64,000 nucleotides of DNA, from positions 3,442,741 through 3,506,740 of the forward strand of contig OZ037768.1 of NCBI GenBank assembly GCA_964035545.1, written 5' to 3'. Of the stretch, positions 15,601-27,600 are shown one piece after another. The notes under the pieces were generated by a model, which saw only the letters and a list, made by a program, of their open reading frames with translations, was not told where the DNA came from and made no database searches. A program made the translations under genes and the position numbers. Source of the stretch: Bugula neritina (lineage: Eukaryota; Animalia; Bryozoa). The stretch's first letter is position 1. Each line of letters opens with the position of its first letter.

Positions 15601-18600
15601 CAACGTATTAACAGTACTAGTAAAGACGTGGGTTAGGGTTACATGTCAGAAGATCTGAACCGCAGTCAGTATATAATAATAGCACTTTGATACGCGAGGG
15701 AGACTGTCATCTTACATACCTTCTTCAAGGAACTCTTAAATTCATTAAGTGATGTGGAGACATTAAAAAACTGCTGCTGGGATAATTCTTCGACAGCATC
15801 GAGAAGAGAGATGAGACAGCAATTCTGTAAAGACACAAACAAGTCAGTGCGGAGAATGCCAACACAACATACTACTATTCAAACACTAATTACTAGGATA
15901 TATAAGAACACATACTGACCAATCAGCTAAAACGATAAAGGGCAGTTTGACCCGAAATGTTCATTGCAGAAACGCTTTCCGATATTTAACAGAGCCAAAA
16001 GGTTATACAAAAAATAGAAGAATCCAAATTAAAGAAACACATGCATACAATAGAAGCGCTAATGAGTGAAGTTGACACGTACTCTCATGAATATCCGTAG
16101 GCCAGTTTTCACGAGTTGCAGCGTGTTGTACTTCTCTACAGCTAAACTGATCACGCCGACAGCTGCATTTCTGCTTAAGTATCGACCAGAATGAGGCTCC
16201 ATATACTCGGCGGCCATCTTGTCTTTGTCATCTAGCCAGCCAATCAGCCAGGAGCTAAGACACTCTAACGAGTCTGCACCCTACCATACCAATAAAGAAT
16301 TATATCATATACTATACTATATTATACTACACTATACTATACTATATTATGATATACTATACTATGATATACTATACTATACTATATTATGATATACTAT
16401 ACTATACTACACTATACTATGATATATTATACTATACTAAAACAAGAGTAACAGTAGAATGCTTATATGATGACATTACAGCCCACTAAACTAGTGTCAA
16501 GGTCAAGAGAAGCTACGGATGCTCACCGAGTGACAGGCAGCAAGGACAGCAAGCACTGGGTTACCCAGCAAAGCGGCGTACATGTTCAGCAGTCTCCAGG
16601 ATCCTGATTGGTTACTCGTCGTGAATAGGACAGCAAACACATCGTTAGGAATGTGCTCCACGGATATGACACTGGAATCTATCGGGAACAGACGTTAGAC
16701 GCGGTTTGTACACTTTGTACGTGAATTAAACACTAAGGTTTCATTTTGCAAGTGAATTTAGACTTCATAGATTACTAAAGTATAAGATATTTAGTTATGA
16801 AGATTGATATAATAAATTGCAATTTTATATGCACTGTGTTACAAAATTAAAGTGTATACAGTCTTAAAAAATTTGTAAAATTTTGGCATAAGTCAAATAG
16901 ATTGACATATACCAATTAGTATATACGATGTTTCACAAATCTATATTAAATTAAGAGTTAGTTCAGCAAACTTCTTCATACTTGAATTTTGTGAAAGCAG
17001 ATAAGAAAATATATATTAAAGGAGGTGGTAAACATTATATAGAAATACTGACTGGCTTGATATGGAGGTATAACGTAGTCGTTCTCTACAGCCACAGCCA
17101 ACTCTGTACTGAATGTATTCTTATCATTTCTTTTGGTCTCATCTTCACTGCTAGAGACGAGGGACAGTTCTGTAACAGAGAAAGACTGTACATTAGTCCA
17201 GACAGCTATTACTATACCTTACTTATTGCATTTAAAGACACTTGAAATATCTCTTTATATCTTTCGAAATGTCTTTATATCAGAGGCATGTAGTAAATCG
17301 CAAACACAGTAATGACATAGAGAAACTTTCCAGGTGGCAAAAATGCCCCAAACATACAGCCTGAAATAGGGAAGAGCAACATTCATCAAAGCTACGCGTC
17401 TTCAAGAGGTGACTTGCACTTCAATAACAATTTTACTGGGTAACTGCGCCCTTTTATATTTTACACATAACTTCATACCTAGTCACACATATTTAACTTT
17501 AACTTAGTGTCATACAATTTATTACTTAACGCAGAGTTCATCTGATTAGTGCATTTTTACTAATAATAATACTTACTGCTAAGAGGCTTACTAGAGACTG
17601 GAATAGACATTGAATGTTGGAATTGTTCTCCCGTGTCGAATCTAGTACTAGAGTAACCAGAGTCAGGGTCTACATGGCTTCCACTGTTAGTATCCAAGAC
17701 ACACTGCAGGTGCTCTCTAATGCTGTCTTTAGTAAACATGTTGACAGCGCTGAGCAACTACAAACAGTAAATTTATGTCAGCCGACTCTGAAGTGTGCGA
17801 AGTGGAGAACATCTAATTCAAACGTATTATATGGCTAGACGTACCTGACATGGCTCATAACCAAAGATCTGACTGTAGACAAGAAATGACAGCCAATTAT
17901 TGTTGAGAGCACAGGCTTCAAGGAAGTTAGTAGGGGGAGGCAACTGAAACTGTCTACTGAAAGCAACCACTGGACGCCATTTTAGACCAGCCTCAATGCT
18001 ACAACTGAAATCACCAGGTGGGTTAGTAGAATGGTGGAGGAATTATCAGCCCTTTGAGCATATTTCAACAAAACTAAAATAATTTTAGGCTTATTCTAAA
18101 ACACTTTCATTTTAAACAACTACAACAATCCTTTGCTTATATATCACATATTACTTAGAAAGGAAAGGAATATTTACAAAGAAAGATGGCGTTAGACTAG
18201 CTTAGGCCTACAACAAACCAACATTTACCAAGAGTGGAATAAAAACCAAGCTAACCTAGAATCCACAATGGTTTCGATATACGCTGCTGCAGACAGCACC
18301 AACTCGTCGTACGTCTCTCTCACCATCCGTTTCCTTCCAAATACCAGCGGCAGCAGCAGCAACTCTGAGCACAGAAATCACATGCCTTATTCTTATAATA
18401 ACTTTGATAGAACAAAAAGTAGAAAGACACAGTCCTTCAGAAATCGCAATACTATGTATTACATTAGTTATGACAGTTTTACCAAACCATAGCCACTCAG
18501 CAAATATTGTAACATAATCATGTAAATTACAAAAATATATTTCAAATGTTGAGTTTTGCTTCTAAAAGCCCACACTCTTATTAATAACTAGGAGTTAAAA

Positions 18601-21600
18601 AAACTCTTACAAACCTAATTTCTTAGTTTATCATATCTAGCTTTTTGAAGACAAGCTGCGCCTTCCCCCTCCCCCCACAGTACAGTCTTTGCTCTTGAGT
18701 ACAGATACTTGGCTAGTGAACGGGTTGAATATAGCAGAATAAACTGGACTATAGTGAACTAGATTGATGTAGAGTTGTATTAAATCGGTGTCCATGATGT
18801 GAATCAGTTGTAAGCCATGTGTAAGTGCAAATAGAGCAATACACCAGTGAAGATTCAGATTAAACACTAACCTAGTTCCCTATAATGTCATGTAACGACA
18901 TATCAAAGATCAAAAAGTACTGACCGACATTTTGATGAGTTTCTGCAGCATCAGCAGTAGGATTTCTAAGCAGCTTTCCTTTATGCAGTATATGAGCTGC
19001 ATTGATGAGCAAACATAAGAGCTCAGTGTTTTCTCCCATGAGCTCTAGAAATGCTACACAGGAAGCTGCTATCTCGGGATTCTCGTAATACTTGACGGCC
19101 AGGAAGTGAACTTGACCCACAATTAACTTCAATCTAAAAGACAACTCTCAACACTTAGCATAGCTGTTAATAACAAACACAGGTGAACGGTAGTATCTAG
19201 ATGGCAATCTGCAAATCTACTTTCACACACTGATTAACACAACCAACCAATTTATACCAACAAATTTAAAAGAGCATTATTTATTGTCAATTTCCAAGCA
19301 ACAAAATTTAAACACTTCTGTGTTAAGGTTTTTTTCAAAAATTTATTCCATAGTTAAGTTTTTAATTCAGTGAAATAATAAAATAATTGAGATCCATTTT
19401 CATTGGCTAAAAAACTAACAAGTAATAAACAGAATCACAAACCCATTTCTAAGGTATATACATGATGTTGTAGAATAAAAAACTACCAAATTACCCACCT
19501 AGTTGCAGCAATAGTTGTGCCATTGCTTTGGCTCATTTCATCTGACAGGAAAACAACAAAGGCAAAGCTGGGTCTGGCCTGCTTCAGGTAGTACATGAAT
19601 GTCAGCTTTTCCTGCAGGCCATATTTTTCAGCTAATGCTTGGTTGCCGAAATGGGGCATTTCAGATGAAGAACCTGAAGCATACATTTAAAAATAGAGTA
19701 CAGCTGGCTTTCTAAAATAGTAAAACAGAAATTTTAAGATACTTTTAATTCTATATAATGGCAATTTCAATTTATTCACTACCACATACCATCTCCACTA
19801 ATTTGGGTCCTGAAGAGGTTATTTCCATGCAGTGCACCCCATTTCTAAAATAATGAATAATTGGAATAACTTGAGTAAAGCACAGTACTATCAATGCAAC
19901 AGTTTTGTAATATAACAGAATATTACGCATTAATACACTACTATATAGCATAGAAACATATTAAATTGTATGTAATCATATTGCTTCATATCATACAAAG
20001 TGACCCAACACGGCAAGAAAGACACCTGTAGTGCTTTACTAGCACAATTGATGAAAATATCATCCAGCACAATTGAAGGTTCTATAAATAGAGCTTTTTT
20101 ATAAACTGACTTCATGTACAGAAATATCTCAGTCACTCATTACAGTGACAGCTATATAAATATGGTAAAAAAGCGCAAGTAAAGAATAGCAATGAATTTA
20201 CGCAAGCTCTATATATATACACGCAGACACACCTCTATCAACTTGTACATGGTAATAACAGGTGGGTCATCGTGCTTGCTGTCAGCAGTGTCCAGCAGGT
20301 GTCTGAGGAGGGGGTGATCAGAGCAGCGAGTGAGTTGATCAGCACTGAGCTGCACTTTACTTCCTTCCTATACACATACACTGGTACCATAATGGGTGGA
20401 ACAACTCCGAGTGGTGATTGGAAAATTTGTTATACATTGAGACAGCCATTACTGACACTCAGAGCATAGCATTATTATTATTTGAGTTGCAGTAAGGAAT
20501 CAACACACGACATCAAACATAGTTACATAATCAGCACATTGTATAACTTACCACAAAGGAACCATGATGTATAATTTGTAACTGACCAATGATAAACTTC
20601 GATACATAATGCTTAACCAACCAATGTAAGACACGCCTTCTCCCACACTAATAAGATACTATAGAATACAACCTACCAATAAGGGGCTGTGATACATAAT
20701 ATTACAAAGAGCAACATCCGTTAGCTGGTGGTCCAACTGTTCACTGATTTCAATGTAGGGGTTTCTTGCAAGGTACTGACTACTAGCCAAGCTGGCATCT
20801 AGCATACTTTTAGAGTCTAGAATATTGCGAAACAACAAAGTGTTAATAGAGCAAAATTCGAAGTAGGAATATAGGAAATATTAAGCCCATTACAAGTAAA
20901 CAGGAAAAAAAAACTATGGTTGTTATATGGCAAAGAGAAATACTAGGATTTAAAGGAAAGAGAGTAAATCAAAATATGTGCTACAGATCCATCCAAACCT
21001 GTGAATATTATATAAAATTGTGGCAAAGAAGTGGAGGTTTACAAACAACAAATACATAGATTATTTATGTAACAAACTTAATTTTAAATATTAATGTATG
21101 TTTTATAATAATTGCATGATGAAATAAACTTTCATAAAACTGAAGATTTTAGAAGAAAAGAAGAAACGAGAGTGGTGTCCCTCACCAGGTTCTGTTTGCA
21201 GGGAGATCTTATAGAAAGAGTATAACATCAGCACAAGAAGATAGTCTTTAGTTGAAAGATGAGAATCTAGCCCTTTGACCTCCTCGTCACTAACACTGCA
21301 ATATTAACACAAAACTAATAATACATTGTGAGTAGATGCCGGTGACTAAATTTTATTAGAGTCCAAAAAAAACTCATACAATGTCTGAAAGAATGAACAT
21401 GGCATTTTCATTTTAGCTGCTTTACAAAAGTTGTTCAATGAACTTCAATCAAAGACAGAACATGCAACAATAGAGCAGTTAATGGATTCAACAATGGGAG
21501 TTGTCAAATCCTGATAGCATGTGTACCTCCACAGTGCAAATAACTGATATAGCAGTCCCAATAAACCAGTTTCTAAACAATGAGAAACAAGTTGCTGTAG

Positions 21601-24600
21601 AGACAAGAGGCCTTCGCATTGTTCTCTCCTCAATATGTGACCAGATTTACACAAACTTGTAAATAGGGACTTCTTAGAGGACAATGCATTGCTGTCTAAT
21701 AGGCCGCATCTAAAAAAAATATTTTCAGAATAAATATAAAACAATCATTAGCCAAGTATTTGTAAAGTTTGCTGACATAAACTAAAGCATCAAAACACCT
21801 CAACATTTCAAAAGCAGTCGGAAATCACAAACTTATAGTTTTACTCTTGAAAACTCAACTGCTTATGGGAAAATTCTTCAATATACTAGTGGATTCCATT
21901 TATATAACTTAATATTCTTCTGGAAAGAACCAATGATACTTTTAATTTAAATCCAAGCCTTCACATGCTAAGAATGCAAACTATTCATGATTGAGATAAA
22001 GGTATACTGAAACTACAAAGTAAGAAGTTCATTACAAAATAAAGCTCGAGCATGTCGAGTGAAAAGAACTCACGAGGCTAAGCGGCGTTGCACTATGATT
22101 TGGTTGTGTAGAGGAAGCATGCTGTTGCAGACGTCAATCATACAAGTAGTAATTGGCTGCTTCTGGAATGTTCTTGTAGCCTCAGCACCATGACCTTGCA
22201 CATTTACCCAATGTAGCAGTACATCTATCATGTTATGTCTGCATAAATAGGTCCATAGAGTCAGAGAGCTAACCTTGCATAACTCTTCTTCACTTTTGCT
22301 ATCTGCAAGAGAATAAATCAGCTAAATATTAGTACTGGTATATCTACAAGAGAATATTAAGAATAAACGACAAAAATATTAGCGCCGGTAGCGAAAATCA
22401 GTCAATCTTTAGCTAATTTTTTTGAAAACCATTTGAAAAACTCATACTTGGACAATTTTTCTTTTCATTTATTAATGAACTAAAATTGAGAGGTTTTCAC
22501 AGAAGCCAATCAAAATGAATGCACATGAATTTTCACCAATCATTATAAACTCAAAAAAAGTAGAAACAGAAAGCTTGGTGCTTTGCAGCTATTAAAACCA
22601 CTTACCAGTTTCATGGATATATCGATCTATGATAATCTCGTCTCTGTGTGAGAGGAAGTGATTCATCCAGTCGAGCATATAATGGGAATACCATTTAGAC
22701 CTCACAAGCTCTGCAGCTGGGGGAATAACTCCTACTTCCCCACACAACTTTCTTATCATAAATGTGTCTGAGGAAAGAAAGTCTGCACACCTTTTAACAG
22801 AAAATAACCAAGACTAACTTGGCAAGAAAAATGCATATAACTGTGCATTGCATATGCTGTACAATCAGGAATACAACAAAATTGGTGTCCCGTTACGTTT
22901 TTAGATAGGTTTTAAAAAATAAAACAATAATGTGATGAAAAACAATTAGAATGGTTGATGCAATAAAAATAGACACACGATATAAAGTTGTCTCTAAACA
23001 TGCACGCAGTGAAATAAATGTATACACAGACAACTATAAACGTTGCTTCAAGTGCACCCTGTAGAATAAGCAGAAAGCCTTACTTCCGACTTTCTTCAAG
23101 TGCGAGTTGAAAAGACTGGCAAGGGTGGAGCTCGTCAAATTCAGTTGAGAATTGAATAGCCTGATTTTCTAACTCTGTAAACTCCCCTTCCATCTTGAGT
23201 TGCTTTACCAGATAACGCCTAAGGCTAGTATCTGTTGTGTAGACCGCAATCTGTGAAAGCTTTGTGAACACTCCGAAACCCTATACATTGAAAAGAGCAT
23301 GTCACCTTACAGCTTCAATATGTTATAATGTGTTCGCATATAGGATAATATACACTAGAAAGTGTCACAGCATGCATGTGCTATAGCATACAGTAGAAAG
23401 TGCTACAACATACAGTAGAAAGTGCTATAACATACAGTAGAAAGTGCTATAGCATACAGTAGAAAGTGCTATAACATACAGTAGAAAGTGCTATAACATA
23501 CAGTAGAAAGTGCTATAACATACAGTAGAAAGTGCTATAACATACAGTAGAAAGTGCTACGACCACAGCAGGAAAGACTGACCAGATTCTTGAGAATTTG
23601 GCAGACAGTAGACCAGTTCCTGGCTGCCAGCTCATCCAAGACACACTCCAGGCCGGTTCTCACAATGACATCCCACGATGCCTCAGTCTCCCTGTGATTC
23701 AGTGTGAAGTAAGTCTGCAGCTTTGATATGTCCCCCATGAGGATGCCATCTTCTATCAGCTCCTGCAGAAACCATGAATGCTACTTTCCTTGGGACTATT
23801 GGCGGAACAATTGCTTTCAAGTTACAAATGAGACATAAACTGATGCAATGGCGCAATATTTTCACACAGACACGCCCACCTACTTCCTAGCATTGAACAA
23901 TGCACTTCATAGAAAGTAGTAATTCCTGTAAATACTTTCAAGTCTAGAGTAGAGGAATTCAAGCTGAATTCAGATAAATAGCGCAGTATGTAGTATGTAG
24001 CAGGTAGAAATGACATAAAACTCAGCTTAAGTGTTTTCAGCACAACGGTTCATAGACAGCTCCAAATCAAAATTTTCCCTCATACTGTTTACTTCTACTT
24101 TTATATAACTCCATTTGTGACATTAAAATTGTATTATAAAGTATCAAACGCTAAATTATTTATGGTGCAGCACATCATCTAACTATTACTCTATATAACA
24201 CTAATATTACAACTTTAATATATCGCATATTATTATCTGAAAAAGTTACTTTGCTGCTTAGAGAGTTCCATTTCTTTACAAGATCTTCATTTAGTAGAGA
24301 CGAGAGTTTCTTAGAGGTGCGAGCTGAGCGTCTAGGGCTATCTCTAGACTTGACTTTAGTGGGCGTTACGTCAGACCTAGGTAAACACACAATACACTTT
24401 CACCTGGAGAGATATTCACTGACTTTACTAAACTGTATACTATAATATACTATATTTAGTGCTAGACTAATACAACACCAGGTGGCATTTCCACGTGGAC
24501 ATTTGTTGCACCATAAGACAATTTCTGAATGGTAATGGGACACAGTCAAAAGGCTACAAATATGTCAAAATATTCAGTAAACGCTAAATTATATTAATTA

Positions 24601-27600
24601 TATAACAATAATTATGTGAAACTTGTAAAGATATATAGCCTAGTGAGATATGTTCCCAAGATGAACCACAACAAACAATTTTACCAAGTAAGCATAACTT
24701 CGAGAGCATCCAGAAGTTTGATCCCTATTCTAATCCTGAAAAACAAACTTTTGTTTACCTTAAAAATGAAAATTTTTGCACCAAAACTTGTAGGCATGAA
24801 AAGTATGGTAATTAAATTAAAATGCCTCCCACTAGAAAAAAATCTATGAACTATAAAAAACTTACCCTGGTTTTTTGGACTTGCTGCCTTGTAGAAGATC
24901 GGTAAAACTCATTTTATAGTCAAAGAGCTTCTCTAGCAATGACTCCATGAGCCCTTTCTTCTCTGTGTTATTAGCCATCAACATGTCATTCAATATGGCG
25001 ATTCCTCTTCTTTCCTGTTCTACAAGTGTTACAGGCAGATGTCTAGGACAGAGCGACTGGAAGTAGCAGGTGTTAGACAGTAGTAGCAGGTAGTTAAGAG
25101 TGTTAGCAGGTAGTTGGTAGGTAAGAGCATGTGTTTGCAGGTAGTAGTAGGTATCAGCAGGAATTTACCGTTTCTAAATTATCAAAACAACAAACCTTTG
25201 AAGAAAGCAACCATAGCCTCAGTGACTTGCTGAGCAAACACTCTGGTAGTGGAGTGGGCTATGTAAGTAGACACCGCAGTGTGTATCATATCCACCATCT
25301 GTTTGAGCTCAGTTCTGTTGTCTATTGGAGGTGAACGCATTATATCTTCCATAACTACAACATGGTTTGTCAGACTAAGGTTTGCAGGTGGGTATACTAT
25401 AGTATTATAACTTACATTATATTCCAATCCAGTTTCTTACTCGTACAAAGTTAAGTTACGTAGAGTTAGCCTTTACTTATTTATAATAAACCAGCTTGCC
25501 TCCATACTTTAGTGTTTCAGGGGTTAAAACTGTTAGCTGCGTGTACTACTATTAGTGAGATATGAACTCCACTCTTGTTCACCATTATAAATGCACTTAG
25601 CAATTCATCCATTATGAGAAAACTCATCAATTTAGAAGCAAATCTTAATTATTCCACTTTTCAAAATTCTCTGCTGAACTGAATTACAACTGACTAAAAT
25701 TACAGGCTTCTTTAAATTATCAACAACTGTAACGACTTTTGCTGGTCTCACGCCGTATCCTACTCACATGAGCTCTTCGTCCTGATATGTTCCAACACAT
25801 AATCAACTTTACGGATCTCCAGAGCTCTCTTCAAGTTCTGAATGTTGTATGAGGACGTCTGCTTGCACCAGCCATTCTGGAGGGCAATGGTATCCAGGAG
25901 ACCTGACTTAGTGTCTCTCTACAAACATAAACCAACAGTTGTAAACCTGTAAACGTTACGTCATTATGTAATAATCTTGAAGATTGACAAAATCATAAGC
26001 GATAAAAATCAAAGGAGACTAACATCCAGTATAGAAAACTAAACATGCTTCACGTAATTATTAAAAGGTCATGATAAAAAAATCTTTTGGCATCGTGATT
26101 AGTTTTGAATGCAGTTTTGCCAAAATAACAAAAGATATTTCACAAGCATGCAGTTATCCCAGTTTTCATCAGCTCCTGAATGAAGCTTAAACATAATAGT
26201 TTTATTATGCAAAAAAGAAATGGAAGATTTGCTACACCGAAGCAATAAACGACATCGCATACCTCAGTGTAAAACTTGTGAGAGTGACCAATCATAGCAG
26301 CCGATACAAAGCTGTCCGAAATAAGAAGGTGAGGAATTGTGTCAATGTTAGACAGCACCACGTGCTGACGGGCATCCACCCTGCAATGACAGCAGAGTAA
26401 CTATCTATGTGTGTATAGGAAATGCATAAAATAAACTGAAACAAATAGACACAACAAAGCAAAAAAAAATATAATATTTTCTACAACTTCTTATCAAAGT
26501 CGAATATCACTTACGGTAATTCCTCCACATGTTGAGAGTCAATGCTGTAAGAAGACACTTTAATGGAGCCTTTGGACAGACAATAAGCAGATACATAGCC
26601 AGATGTACATTGGTAATAGAGGCAGTCACCACTCAAGGGTATCTGCAACAGTCAAACTAAAATTTTTAATAGTAGTAGTAGTAGTAGCAGCAGCAGCAGC
26701 AGCAGTAATAGTAGCAGCAGCAGCAGTAGTAGAAATAGTCTTAGTGGAAACAGGTTGTGATAGTGAGAAAATATAGTAGTAATAGAAATAACTCCATGTT
26801 AGAAAATTGTGCAGTGAACTCATTGGGGCAGGTTTCACTTTCTTCTTTGACTTGCCTAATAAATAACCAACTGAAAGCTCAACGCCTTGAATAACTTCAA
26901 TATAACAAATTTCCTAATTTCTATCTATTTCTCTAGCATTACCCAAAATAAACAGCCACTCTCAGACACTAATTTTTCAGAATTACCTTGGTAAATGTTT
27001 GCAAGTTGGGATACTGTTTCTTTTCCGAAGACACTTGACTGTCGGAGAACTTGAGTTTGTGATACCAGTGAGCTGGCTGTGACTCATCACCTGTATCAAA
27101 TTATTTATAGACTCCAAGTGTCATCATGTAAGTGTCAACATTTAAGTGTCATCATGTAAGTGTCAACATGCAAGTGTCAACATGCAAGTGTCACCATGTA
27201 AGTGTCAACATGTAAGTGTCAACATGTAAGTGTCACCATGTAAGTGTCAACATGCAAGTGTAATCATGTGTCAACATGTAGGTGTCAACATGTAAGTGTC
27301 ATCATGTAAGTGTCAACATGTAAAAGTCAACGTGTAAGTGTCAACCTGCAAGTGTCAACATGTAAGTGTCAACATGTAAGTGTCATCATGTAAGTGGCAT
27401 CATGTAAGTGTCATCATTATGTCAAAAGGTGAGAGAAAGTTCCTCAAAGCAATAATTTACGTAAGTATTAAGAATTTTGAACAACTTGGTGTTTGAAATA
27501 ATGACATACTCAACTGTGCGTCTGTCACAGATAAATAAATTGACATGTTCAAGGCCAGGTAAATGTCAAGGTAAATAAAAAGCCTGAACAAAGTTAAAAT

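Noticed and set aside
26626-26860. ORF with poly-Ala/Thr
   Set aside because: Intronic (GCA/GTA)n trinucleotide tract; the true exon begins at 26642 in another frame.
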